Below, piece after piece: positions 38,950 through 48,712 of a stretch of 51,808 nucleotides of DNA. A program made the translations under genes and the position numbers. The number at the start of each line of letters is the position of its first letter. The stretch's first letter is position 1. The DNA lies in contig JBBTED010000163.1 of assembly GCA_038042445.1 (NCBI GenBank), positions 1 to 51,808 on the forward strand. The letters are read 5' to 3'. The stretch comes from Candidatus Firestoneibacteriota bacterium. GTDB lineage: Bacteria > Oederibacteriota > D2-FULL-39-29 > JBBTED01. Below the pieces are notes generated by a model. It had not been told where the DNA came from. It did not search any database and was given only the letters and a program-made list of their open reading frames with translations.

Positions 38950-40398
38950 TTAAAAAAATATTCTTACAATTTTAGATATTAAATTTTTGAAAGTTTTTAT
39001 CCGGAGCAATTTATTCTGAACAAAACTTGTAGTATACATATTAGATGCAATTTCCCCTGCAAATCCATATTTTTTCATTCTTTTTTGCCAGATTTTTCGC
39101 ATTGTTTTTCGCATAATTTTAGATGCATCTTTTAAGGCTTTTTGTCTTTCTTTCTTGGACATTTGGGGTGTTTCAAAAACTGGAATCATATCTAATATTG
39201 GGTTTTCATTTAAATAATCTTGTGATTTTTTAAGAAACCTTCCATTTTTTTCTATCCATTCATAAAGCTGGGTTTTTGGAAATGGAATGATGTTGTAGAA
39301 ATAAGCAGAAGCAATGGGAAAATCCTCTACAATTTTAAATGAATCTTGTAAATCTGATAATGTTTCACCTGGTGCACCTACAAGAAAAAATAAATCTACT
39401 TCAAATCCTAAATCACAAGCATCTTTAATAACTTCTTTAATTTGCTCGATTTTTTCCTGTTTTTTTAGGATTTTGAGTATTTTATCATTTCCTGCTTCTA
39501 CACCAATAGCAATACGCCAGAATCCGGTTTCTTTCATTGTTTTTAATAAATCTCTATCAACTTTATCAGCTCGTATTCCATTGTCACAGCTTAATTTTAA
39601 ATCTTTCATAGGGCTTTGATTTATTAAATCACAAATTTTATAAACCCTGTCTTTTAAAAGAGTAAAATTATCATCAGCAAAACTGAAACGTCTGTATCCG
39701 TATGAATACCAGTATTTTAGTTCTGCAATGATATTTTCCGGGCTTCTAACTCTAAATTTGTGTCCTATTGCTAAATTAACAGGGCAATAGATACATTGAA
39801 ATGGGCAACCACGAGATGAAACAATAGGTAAAGCAGAAGTTTCTTTATTTATCAATTTATCCAAATTAAATTTTTCGTATCTTGGAAACGATATACTGTC
39901 CAGATTTTCAATAAATTCCTTATCACCTGTATAGATAATATTTTTGCTATTTCTATATATTAAACCTTTGATTTCTGAAGGGTTTTTACCTTGGCATAAT
40001 TCAATAATTGTTTTTTCTCCTTCTAATACAATACCGAAGGAAATTGAAGGACAATCTTCTAAAACTTGTTCCCTAAAAAGTGAAATATGGGGTCCACCGG
40101 CAACTATATCAATATCAGGGAAATTTTTTCTGCAATTATTAAGGGTTTCATAAGTTTCTTTGTATTTGTAAGTCATCATACCTATTCCTATAAGGTCAGG
40201 CTGAAAACCATTTATTTTCTTATGCAATATTTTGTAATTATGGCCAATACTCATATCTAATATATCATATTGGATAGAATTATCCTGAAGGGTTTGGGCT
40301 ATATATCCTAAACCTGCTGAAAGAACACGTCGGACTCTACTACCTGAGTATGTAGGTGTTATTAAAAGCACTTTTTTATACTTCATTTTTTGAACCAT
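38950..40398 (-). CDS. B12-binding radical SAM protein (class B methylase-like)
   Basis: GLGYIA, GGPH, SSRGCPFQCIYC (CxxxCxxC), F.DDNF, G.E.G, GAPGET. Confidence 0.92.
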   Translation of the reverse strand: MVQKMKYKKVLLITPTYSGSRVRRVLSAGLGYIAQTLQDNSIQYDILDMSIGHNYKILHKKINGFQPDLIGIGMMTYKYKETYETLNNCRKNFPDIDIVAGGPHISLFREQVLEDCPSISFGIVLEGEKTIIELCQGKNPSEIKGLIYRNSKNIIYTGDKEFIENLDSISFPRYEKFNLDKLINKETSALPIVSSRGCPFQCIYCPVNLAIGHKFRVRSPENIIAELKYWYSYGYRRFSFADDNFTLLKDRVYKICDLINQSPMKDLKLSCDNGIRADKVDRDLLKTMKETGFWRIAIGVEAGNDKILKILKKQEKIEQIKEVIKDACDLGFEVDLFFLVGAPGETLSDLQDSFKIVEDFPIASAYFYNIIPFPKTQLYEWIEKNGRFLKKSQDYLNENPILDMIPVFETPQMSKKERQKALKDASKIMRKTMRKIWQKRMKKYGFAGEIASNMYTTSFVQNKLLRIKTFKNLISKIVRIFF

Positions 40399-40407
40399 AT
40401 AATAAAG

Positions 40408-40462
40408 GTAGTCGCAGGCTTTAGCCTGCGGTTTTTTTTCGCAAGCTAAAGCTTGCGACTAC
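40408..40462. repeat. GTAG-type REP doublet containing the stop codon of the GT4 gene
   Basis: Arms at 40408-40430 and 40440-40462; the GT4 ends ...GSRKL* inside the right arm. Confidence 0.95.
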
Positions 40463-41705
40463 CATTTTTTACCAATTCTTCCAATAGTTTTAGTTCTTTT
40501 TCCATACGTTGAGGCCATGTTTCCAGAACTTCTTTTGATTTAATTAACATAGCATTTGCCAATTGCTGTCTATATGAAGCATTTTCTAATAATTCTTTTA
40601 AAACTTGCGGTAATGTATGAAGTTTGTCTTTTTGAATGAGAATTCCATCTTTTCCTGAAACAATTATTTCTTTGGTTAATTCATCTTCTATAGTAACAAT
40701 ACATTTTCCTGTAACCATTGCTTCCCACGTATTATTGTTGCAATTACTATAGTCACTCGTGGAAACATATATATCTGCTGTGTTTAATAAATCTTTTATA
40801 TATGTTCTGTCTACTTTTCCTGTCCAAAAAACACGAGATTGAATGTTGTGTTTCTGCACAAATTCTTCTAATGATTTCTTTTCTGGTCCATCTCCTGCGA
40901 TTATGCATACACTTTCAGAATTTTCTTTGAACAATTGGGGGAGTGCATATACTAATTTGCCAACATCATAGAAAGGTATTATTCTTGCAGTGGAAATAAT
41001 AATTTTTAATTTAGGATTTATTCCTAATTGTTCGCAAATCCTTTTTTTTATTTCAGGGTCTGGATTATACATATCAAATTCAACACCATTCCTATATGAT
41101 TTTATTTTGTAATCAGGGACACCAAGTGTTTTTGCAAGTAAATCAGCTCTTGTTGCATCTTTTGTAATTATTAAATAACTAGCAGGTATTTTGAGTGCCC
41201 AATAATCACGAAATTCTTTCATTCTGGACAGTGTATTTTTATATGCCCAGTATAACTCTCTTGTCCCATATACTCGTATTATAAATTTAGTGCGAAATAT
41301 TTTACTTACTATCCATGCAGGAAAAACTGGAGACAATCCGTGTGCATATATAATATCCGGTTTAAATCTGTAGGCAATTTTAATTGCCCATACTAAGCTG
41401 CAAATTTCAAACATCAGCCAGTCAAGGTTAAAAATAAATGAGCTTATTAATCTAGTTAAGAATTTATGCAGAGTTAAACGTGAGAGTAATGATGGTAGAA
41501 TATGAAAATTTAAAGGGAATTTGAATCTATATATATTGATTCCATAATAATTTTCATATCCCTGTTCTTTAGCATTTGCAGGGCAAATAAAATGGACAGT
41601 ATGACCTTTTTCTACAAAATATTTTTGGGAATTGAAAATAGAAGGTATTCCCATGTTTTCTCCACTAGGCCAGATATTCATATGTGAAACACTCAATATT
41701 TTCAT
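40446..41705 (-). CDS. GT4 family glycosyltransferase
   Basis: PDIIYAH, NGV, I.GDGP, ADIYV.TS.......EAM..GK. Confidence 0.88.
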   Translation of the reverse strand: MKILSVSHMNIWPSGENMGIPSIFNSQKYFVEKGHTVHFICPANAKEQGYENYYGINIYRFKFPLNFHILPSLLSRLTLHKFLTRLISSFIFNLDWLMFEICSLVWAIKIAYRFKPDIIYAHGLSPVFPAWIVSKIFRTKFIIRVYGTRELYWAYKNTLSRMKEFRDYWALKIPASYLIITKDATRADLLAKTLGVPDYKIKSYRNGVEFDMYNPDPEIKKRICEQLGINPKLKIIISTARIIPFYDVGKLVYALPQLFKENSESVCIIAGDGPEKKSLEEFVQKHNIQSRVFWTGKVDRTYIKDLLNTADIYVSTSDYSNCNNNTWEAMVTGKCIVTIEDELTKEIIVSGKDGILIQKDKLHTLPQVLKELLENASYRQQLANAMLIKSKEVLETWPQRMEKELKLLEELVKNGSRKL

Positions 41706-41727
41706 AATTTATTATATGAAATTAAAG

Positions 41728-42612
41728 TCATGTTTGAAAAGGAATTTTTTGAGGATGTGTTTTCGAAGCAGCAATGAATATTGAACATCGCGAGTTTTTA
41801 AAAAATAAGGCTATAAAGTCTATAATTTTTAAAATCAAATGTTTGATTAGATTTTTTTCTGTTGTTGGGCTGTATCCAAATGTAAATGTATATGCTTTAT
41901 CTGTATGATAGCCGATATCATTCAGTAATTTTATCAATCTGTTAATATCATAATTAACAATATGTCCATATAATCCTTTTTCAAGATTTTGTGTCCCATG
42001 ACCCCAATAAAAACTATCAATATGACCTAAGAAAAATTTTATCCTGTTTGGTAAACTTAGCAAATTAGGTGTTGTGATGATTAATATGGCATCTTCCCTC
42101 ATTTTTTTTCTTATACTAATAAGTAAATTAAGTAATGTTGAATGATCTAAATGTTCTGCAATCTCAGTAAAAATTACAATATCGTATATTCCATCTTTCT
42201 CACCATAGAGATTTGCTGTTTTTGAAAAATCAGATAATTCTATTGTTATCCCTAAACCCTTTAAATATTTTTTAAATAAATCAATACTGAGATATTTACT
42301 ATTAGGATTTTCATAAGCTTTCCATTCTATTTTGGGTTGTATGTTTTTACGCAAAAAATTAACTATTGAAAAATCCTGATGGCCACAAGATAGTCCCGAC
42401 GCATTAAGAATTTTTAATTCTTTTTTGTTATTATTCTTAATATATTCTAATATCATATGGATTGTATGGGAATGTCTTATTGAATTGGCTTTAGCCCAGA
42501 GGGTAGCGTCAATTTCAGAATGTCCAACAATATTTTTCTCCACATCATAACATATTTCATATATGTCATTTGCAATAGTTTTAATATACATAAGTGTATG
42601 GTAAATTCTCAC
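41728..42612 (-). CDS. Class I SAM methyltransferase-like protein (start may be the ATG at 42591)
   Basis: YDIVIFTEIAEHL and LIITTPN motifs; motif I is degenerate (LNASGLSCG). Confidence 0.75.
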   Translation of the reverse strand: MRIYHTLMYIKTIANDIYEICYDVEKNIVGHSEIDATLWAKANSIRHSHTIHMILEYIKNNNKKELKILNASGLSCGHQDFSIVNFLRKNIQPKIEWKAYENPNSKYLSIDLFKKYLKGLGITIELSDFSKTANLYGEKDGIYDIVIFTEIAEHLDHSTLLNLLISIRKKMREDAILIITTPNLLSLPNRIKFFLGHIDSFYWGHGTQNLEKGLYGHIVNYDINRLIKLLNDIGYHTDKAYTFTFGYSPTTEKNLIKHLILKIIDFIALFFKNSRCSIFIAASKTHPQKIPFQT

Positions 42613-42637
42613 TGAACACCGGTAACCAAAGTAATAT

Positions 42638-42755
42638 TGTAAATACGTTTTATTTCTTTGTCATTCCCGCATGTAGTAAGCGGGAATCCAGTGTCTTGTT
42701 GTTTTCTGGATTCCTGCTTTCGCAGGAATGACACGTATTTTACTGAGTATTTACA
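42638..42755. mobile_element. MITE-like element: TGTCAT-type doublet enclosed by 9-bp terminal inverted repeats
   Basis: TGTAAATAC (42638-42646) and GTATTTACA (42747-42755) enclose TGTCATTCCCGC..GCGGGAATCCAG (42659-42691) and CTGGATTCCTGCTTTCGCAGGAATGACA (42706-42733). Confidence 0.55.
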
Positions 42756-42779
42756 GTGTATCCATAAATGCTGTTTTTT

Positions 42780-44765
42780 TCATTTTGTCTTAGTCAATTC
42801 TACAAATAAAACATAGCCTATATCATCTTTGCTCAAATAATAATCTAATCGGACAGCTATAAAAAAAAGAAGGGGTCTTAAAATGTATAATCCTCTTATT
42901 CCATATACAATATCTGCTGCTATGGCGCTGAATGTTTTTAAGGTGTATTCATAGTGGACGATTTTTAAAGTGGGGGGGATGGTTTTTTTTAAATATTCTA
43001 CTGTGTATAATCTGCGATAGCCAAGCTTTTTCATAATATATTCTTCGGTAATTTCGAACCATGCTTTTTTATCAGGAAAATCTCTTGTGTAAAGAAATTT
43101 TGGAAGGAATTTTCTTAATAATTTTTGAACATTGAATAATTTGGCACTGGGAGATAAATTGTGTGGTATTGAAATTATAATTTTCCCATTTGGTTTGAGA
43201 ACTCTGGAAAATTCATTAAAAACTGCAATATCATTTTCAATTTCATCTATGGCATCTAATGATATAATCTTGTCAAAAAAATTGTCCGAAAAAGGTAAAT
43301 GTGTCATATCTGCAGGAACAAAATTAAATTTATCCTTGTCTTTGGTTTTTATTTTTTTATATATCCCATCAATTTTTTTGTCATTCAAATCAATACCTGT
43401 TATTTTCGAACATTTTTTGAGAAGTTTTAATAAAATAAGTCCTTCTCCACAGCCTGCATCAAGAACTATATCGTTTTTGTCAAACTTGATTTTTTTGAAT
43501 AAAGTGTAATACCTTGGCAACCATAATGCTTGTGAAGGGATAAATTTTTTAAGTATGTTTTTAAGGAAGTTTTTCATCTGCTTCTCTAAATTGTCATGCC
43601 GAACTTGTTTCGGCATCTCATATTTATCAAATATATTAAATAATGTTTTTTTTATTGCAGTGAAACTATATTTTTCAATACATTTTTCTCTTGCTTTTTT
43701 GCCTAAACTATCTGCAAATTCACTATTTTCTGATAGGAATATTATTTTTTTAGCTAATGCGCTAATATCATCAGCTTTTACTATTATACCACAATTTTCT
43801 AAGATTTGTGGCATATCTCCAACATCTGTAGCTATTATTGGTTTTGCCATAGCCATTGCATCAAAGAGTTTTGCTGGAACTTGTCCTTTAGTTGCCCAAT
43901 TGTATTTTTGTGGAATTACAATTATGTCACTTATTGCTAAAAATTCTGGGAGTTTTGCTATTGGTTGTTCACTAAAGATTTTAAATTTATGATGCCGTAA
44001 TTTTTCTTCAATCATTGTACGCAATTGTTTATTGTATTTACTATTATCTAATCCTACAAGCAGTAATAATAAATTTTTATTCGTAATTATACTTATAGCG
44101 TTAATCAAATTCTCAATTCCTTTGTGTTCTCTTGGAGTGCCTATAAATCCAATAACTTTCTCATCTTTTATTCCAATTTTTTTTCTTAAGTTGTTTCTAT
44201 CAAAATGTTCGGGATTAAATATCTCTGTGTTTTTTATATGAGGTATAATTGTTCCACCAAATTTTTTTTGTAAAAAAGAATTTGAAACTGTAATTTCATC
44301 TGCTAATGGAATTAATTTTTCAACAAAAAATATATTCCAATAAGAATAATATGCTTTAATTGACGAAAGAAAATTTTTAATCTTTTTCAATAAAGAGAGT
44401 TTAATATAAGATTCTTTTGAAAGCCCTAGCTCCCAATCATCTATATCTAAAATTAATGGTTTTTTGAAGAAAAATTTTTGAATTAATCCAGGAATGAGAT
44501 TTACAAAAAAAGGTTTGCAGATATAAATAATATTTCCTGTGGTTTCTTTTAACATAGCAGATATTATTTTATAATACAATATGCTGTGTTTGCCTGAGAT
44601 ACTTTTAAAATTAGTTTCTTCTGTAATAAGTGGAAACCAGATAGATTTATCAAATTTAGGACCAATTATTTCTATTGTATATTTTTCTTTAAGTATTTCT
44701 CCTAATATATATGCCCGTCCAAGAGAATTGCTGTTCAAGTTTTCTGTTAAGATAGAGATTTTCAC
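42780..44765 (-). CDS. GT4 glycosyltransferase fused to a class I SAM methyltransferase
   Basis: GFIG....HKG, P.KLFDAMAMAKPII.T.VG in the N-terminal part; VLDAGCGEG, LPF.D..FD, RVLKP.G in the C-terminal part. Confidence 0.88.
   Translation of the reverse strand: MKISILTENLNSNSLGRAYILGEILKEKYTIEIIGPKFDKSIWFPLITEETNFKSISGKHSILYYKIISAMLKETTGNIIYICKPFFVNLIPGLIQKFFFKKPLILDIDDWELGLSKESYIKLSLLKKIKNFLSSIKAYYSYWNIFFVEKLIPLADEITVSNSFLQKKFGGTIIPHIKNTEIFNPEHFDRNNLRKKIGIKDEKVIGFIGTPREHKGIENLINAISIITNKNLLLLLVGLDNSKYNKQLRTMIEEKLRHHKFKIFSEQPIAKLPEFLAISDIIVIPQKYNWATKGQVPAKLFDAMAMAKPIIATDVGDMPQILENCGIIVKADDISALAKKIIFLSENSEFADSLGKKAREKCIEKYSFTAIKKTLFNIFDKYEMPKQVRHDNLEKQMKNFLKNILKKFIPSQALWLPRYYTLFKKIKFDKNDIVLDAGCGEGLILLKLLKKCSKITGIDLNDKKIDGIYKKIKTKDKDKFNFVPADMTHLPFSDNFFDKIISLDAIDEIENDIAVFNEFSRVLKPNGKIIISIPHNLSPSAKLFNVQKLLRKFLPKFLYTRDFPDKKAWFEITEEYIMKKLGYRRLYTVEYLKKTIPPTLKIVHYEYTLKTFSAIAADIVYGIRGLYILRPLLFFIAVRLDYYLSKDDIGYVLFVELTKTK
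43591..43621. repeat. TGTCAT-type palindrome forming the GT4-MTase linker (EMPKQVRHDN)
   Basis: TTGTCATGCCGAACTTGTTTCGGCATCTCAT, identical over 31 bp to intergenic 47597-47627. Confidence 0.95.
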
Positions 44766-45416
44766 TTAGTATTTAATTTTTACAAATTTATGGTAAATAT
44801 CTAAAACTATTGGTGGAATAAATAATTTTGCTGATTTTTTCCATCGACTTTTTGGTGGGTTATCCCAATATGTTTTCCAAACAGAAATCTTTTTTAGGAA
44901 TTCATTTTTAGTATTTTCTGAAATCGAATTTTTGAAACCAACACCTACAACACTATGCGGAAAATCATTTTCACCTAAAGATTCTACAATGGAAAATGAA
45001 AACATTCGTAATAAACTTTTAAATGCTTCAGGAGTAAATCTCCAATAGTCCGAAGGGTGGTTGTGTATTGGATAGTTCATAGCAGAACTAATAATTAAAA
45101 TTCCATTTGGTTTGAGAATTCTATAAGCTTCTTCTACTGCTTTTCCTGGAAATTCTACATGTTCAAGTGTTTCAAGGATAAGCGTAGTTCCTACTGATTC
45201 TGATGGGAGATCAATGTTGTGTAGGTTCAAAATTACATCTACTCCTAAACCTTCTCGCATATCAGTTCCAATATATTTTTTGTTTGGAAAAAATGATCTC
45301 ATATCTGCAAGAATCTCTTGACCTTGTGGACGAAACGAACCAAATTCATAAATAGGTTCTATAGTTGGCAATGTTTCAGCACATATTTTTGCAAATTCCT
45401 TAATAAATTGACGCAT
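44766..45416 (-). CDS. Class I SAM methyltransferase (type 11-like)
   Basis: EFGS, Y.G.D...G.GVD, ETLEHV, RILKP.G, H..P.DYWRFT. Confidence 0.88.
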   Translation of the reverse strand: MRQFIKEFAKICAETLPTIEPIYEFGSFRPQGQEILADMRSFFPNKKYIGTDMREGLGVDVILNLHNIDLPSESVGTTLILETLEHVEFPGKAVEEAYRILKPNGILIISSAMNYPIHNHPSDYWRFTPEAFKSLLRMFSFSIVESLGENDFPHSVVGVGFKNSISENTKNEFLKKISVWKTYWDNPPKSRWKKSAKLFIPPIVLDIYHKFVKIKY

Positions 45417-45418
45417 AG

Positions 45419-46090
45419 TTATGGCTCCATTTTGTAGATTATATACTTATATCCCAGATTTTCTATATAATCTGTTATTTTTAAAATAGTGCATTTGTAT
45501 TGTAAAAATGTATGTTCATTAAAAAGATATCTGTGTTCACTCTTTGCGTAAAGTCTGGGATTGTCAAATTTTTCTATATATGGTGTAATAATTACCAATG
45601 CTTTATTTGTAAATTTAAGACATTTGTCAACTATTGGGAATGGGTCATTGAAATGTTCTAATATATGGCTCAACACAATAAAATCATATTTTTGAGGAAG
45701 CAAATCTTTTTTTAAATCCAAAATATAAAAATTAATTCCGGCAGAATTTTTCCTTGCTTTTTCAATTGCAACAGAACTCAAATCTGCACCATTGATTTTA
45801 GCTTCTGAAAAATTTGCTTTGATTAATTTACATCCATCGCCCATAGCGCAACCAATATCCAGAAGTGAAAAAGTTGTGTTTTTAGGAAAAACATTTATAT
45901 CTAGAAGGAATCTATACGGAAGATCTCGATAAAAGCTTTCATATTTCGAAAAATATTTATCCCAGTATTTTTTTGAATTAATATTTGTAATTTTGCGAAA
46001 GATATCGCCTAATATATAAAATGTAGCTTTATCTATTTTTTTAGCCAACGAAATCATCCAGCTGCTTGTCTGTATATTTTTTTGTGCCAT
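45419..46090 (-). CDS. Class I SAM methyltransferase
   Basis: LLDIGCAMG, GADLS..AI, YD.I...H.LEH..DP. Confidence 0.9.
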   Translation of the reverse strand: MAQKNIQTSSWMISLAKKIDKATFYILGDIFRKITNINSKKYWDKYFSKYESFYRDLPYRFLLDINVFPKNTTFSLLDIGCAMGDGCKLIKANFSEAKINGADLSSVAIEKARKNSAGINFYILDLKKDLLPQKYDFIVLSHILEHFNDPFPIVDKCLKFTNKALVIITPYIEKFDNPRLYAKSEHRYLFNEHTFLQYKCTILKITDYIENLGYKYIIYKMEP

Positions 46091-46132
46091 AATTTTTTCC
46101 CTTATGCTGTGTGTTTTAAAGATACAGCATAA

Positions 46133-47584
46133 TTAAATCATTCTACGTGAAATTGCTATTAAACTTTTAAATATATTACTGTTTATTAGATATAAAGAAA
46201 AGAAATAAATTAATGTTCCACATAAAATTGAGCTAACAAGTAATATAGAAGGGGGCAATAGGAAAACGAAACCAACTAATTTTAAGAAGATAATTAAACC
46301 AAGAACCATAATCGCAGAACTAATTGTTGCTGGTAATAATGCGCGTAAATAATCTAAAAATTTAGATTTAATTATGGATTCCACCATTTTTTCACCCACA
46401 ATATTTATTAATATAGAATATATTGATACTCCAATTGCTATCCCTATTATACCATATTGGGCAGCATAAAGTAGAATCAAAAAAATACCAACTAATGCAA
46501 TGAGTGAGAATTTAAAAGAATAATCAGAATGTCCTGTAGACCAAAATATCACTCCTATAAAAGTAGTTATTGAAGAGAACATTCCGCCTATACATAAAAT
46601 TTGTAAAGGTAAAATCATTTCATTCCATTTTTGTGTGTATACAGTAGTAATAAAAAGACTGGCTAAAACTAATAAACCTGCAAGTAAAGGAAAGGTTACT
46701 ATAGATATGTAAGTAATAGTTTTTAAGTAGCCTTGACGTAAAACTTCATAATCATCCTGTATTTTTGAAAAAGCAGGGAAGGTAACATTACTTACAATAG
46801 ATGAAAGCTTCTCACGTGGGAAATTTGCCATATTAAAAGCTAATGTGTAATATCCTAAAGGGGTCATTCCTAAAAATTTTCCAACTATTAAGTAGTCTAT
46901 ATTGGAAATAAAATAACTTACAATTTTAAATCCCATTACACTTTTGCTAAACATAAAAAGTTCTCTAAAACTGGTAATGTCAAACTGTATTTTAATAGGA
47001 ATTGGATGGTTTTTCCATAACAAAATTGCTTTTACAAAGCTGCTTATTGCATATCCCCATGCAATACTGAATATGCCAAATCCATTTAACACTAAAATAA
47101 TAGCAGTAATTCCATAAGCGATAGTTTCACCCAAGTCAATAAAGGCTAATTTTTTGAAAGCCATATTTCTTCTTAATAATGTGTCTGGCACTATACTAAA
47201 TGAGTCAACTATGATTTTAATTGCAAATATTCTTATTATAGGTGTTATCATTTCTTTGTGAAAGAACAGAGCAATTAAAGGTGCGCTGAAAATTATAATA
47301 ACAAAGAAAACTGCACTTATTAAAATACAGATCCAGAAAGAACTTGTAAGGTGTGAATCTTTAAGTTCTTTTTTTTGAACTATGGCAAATCGCAAGCCTA
47401 AGTCGTTGAATATTCCAATTAAATTAACAAATGTTAGAACAATACTGATGATTCCAAAATCTTCAGGGAATAATTTTCGTGCTAAAAATATACTGAAAAT
47501 GAATTGCAAAATGTATCTGGAAATCTGAGAAATCCCAGACCATTTTAAACCTTTTGCCATTTGATCTTTTAATTCTTCATTCAT
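46133..47584 (-). CDS. wzx: Wzx flippase (PST family, WzxC-like)
   Basis: LAR.L.PEDFG, DLGL..AIVQ, D.LIVGKFLG...LGYY..A, FPAFSKIQ; many TM helices. Confidence 0.92.
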   Translation of the reverse strand: MNEELKDQMAKGLKWSGISQISRYILQFIFSIFLARKLFPEDFGIISIVLTFVNLIGIFNDLGLRFAIVQKKELKDSHLTSSFWICILISAVFFVIIIFSAPLIALFFHKEMITPIIRIFAIKIIVDSFSIVPDTLLRRNMAFKKLAFIDLGETIAYGITAIILVLNGFGIFSIAWGYAISSFVKAILLWKNHPIPIKIQFDITSFRELFMFSKSVMGFKIVSYFISNIDYLIVGKFLGMTPLGYYTLAFNMANFPREKLSSIVSNVTFPAFSKIQDDYEVLRQGYLKTITYISIVTFPLLAGLLVLASLFITTVYTQKWNEMILPLQILCIGGMFSSITTFIGVIFWSTGHSDYSFKFSLIALVGIFLILLYAAQYGIIGIAIGVSIYSILINIVGEKMVESIIKSKFLDYLRALLPATISSAIMVLGLIIFLKLVGFVFLLPPSILLVSSILCGTLIYFFSLYLINSNIFKSLIAISRRMI

Positions 47585-47596
47585 ATATATGATAAT

Positions 47597-47655
47597 TTGT
47601 CATGCCGAACTTGTTTCGGCATCTCATTAGACCCTGAAACAAGTTCAGGGTGACA
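47597..47655. repeat. TGTCAT-type doublet, intergenic
   Basis: TGTCATGCCGAACTTGTTTCGGCATCTC followed by AGACCCTGAAACAAGTTCAGGGTGACA. Confidence 0.92.
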
Positions 47656-47677
47656 TATTAATCTGTTACTGTAAGCA

Positions 47678-48706
47678 TCAATAAAATAAATTCCGATAAA
47701 ACATTTCAAATCCGGACACTTTGTAAACAAATTCCGATAAACTTTCTTCAGTTATAAATATCCGTTTTAATCTATAATTATCCTCATCTTTTTTATTTAA
47801 TCCGAAATCTCCAGTTAAATTACATACAAAATTTTTCTCTTTTAAAATCTCAATGATTTTTTCATTGTATCCTCCAAAAGGGCTGGAATATAATAGCATA
47901 TCATTTTTGGTTAGTTTTTTAATAACATCTACAGAGTCATTTATTTCTTTTGTTATGTTAGACGTGTTCAAATTAGTCAAATTATTGTGGGACATTGAAT
48001 GTGCTCCTATGTTTATAATATTTTCTTTGTAAAGGATAGCAAGGTCATTTTTAGTTAAATAAAGCTCGTCAGGTTTAATTTCTTTGGATACATTTAATAC
48101 CTTTTTAATCCTCTCAATTATATTTTCTTTTTGAGTATCAGGATATTGTTCTATGATTTCCAACAAAGCATTTAATGTTTGTTGTTTTTTTTGAGCATTA
48201 ACTAATGAAATATCAATGTTTAACTCTGGTGTTACTTTAAAATTTATAAATTTTATCTCTGCACAATCTAAAATTGAATATAATTTATGTTTCCAGTAAA
48301 TTGTTTCTGTAGCATCGCCTATAATAAATACAGTTGCCGGGCAATTGTATTTATTTAATATCTCTAAACCTATTGTTAAAAAATCTTTAAAGCCATCATC
48401 AAAAGTAACAACAGCATATCCTGATAAATTTTCACCACGCAGCTTTTTATTAAGATATTCTGTTAAACTGATGACGTTGTATTTCCCGGTTAAATATTTT
48501 ATTTGTTTTTCAAATCTTTTTTTTGATACCAGTAATTTTTTCAGGTAAAATGATGATTTGTCTGTTTTTGTATTAAAATCTTCTCCAATTCTATGGTATA
48601 TTAAAATAGGAACCAATTCTTTTTTATTGCAAATAATTCTACATATATTAAGAATGCTAAACCAATTCAATAAATTTTTTATAAATCTGCTTAAAAATCG
48701 CGGCAT
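47678..48706 (-). CDS. Polysaccharide deacetylase (NodB/CE4)
   Basis: L.YHR, VTFDDG, P.TVF, IGAHSMSH, P.G motifs. Confidence 0.92.
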   Translation of the reverse strand: MPRFLSRFIKNLLNWFSILNICRIICNKKELVPILIYHRIGEDFNTKTDKSSFYLKKLLVSKKRFEKQIKYLTGKYNVISLTEYLNKKLRGENLSGYAVVTFDDGFKDFLTIGLEILNKYNCPATVFIIGDATETIYWKHKLYSILDCAEIKFINFKVTPELNIDISLVNAQKKQQTLNALLEIIEQYPDTQKENIIERIKKVLNVSKEIKPDELYLTKNDLAILYKENIINIGAHSMSHNNLTNLNTSNITKEINDSVDVIKKLTKNDMLLYSSPFGGYNEKIIEILKEKNFVCNLTGDFGLNKKDEDNYRLKRIFITEESLSEFVYKVSGFEMFYRNLFY

Positions 48707-48712
48707 AATTTA

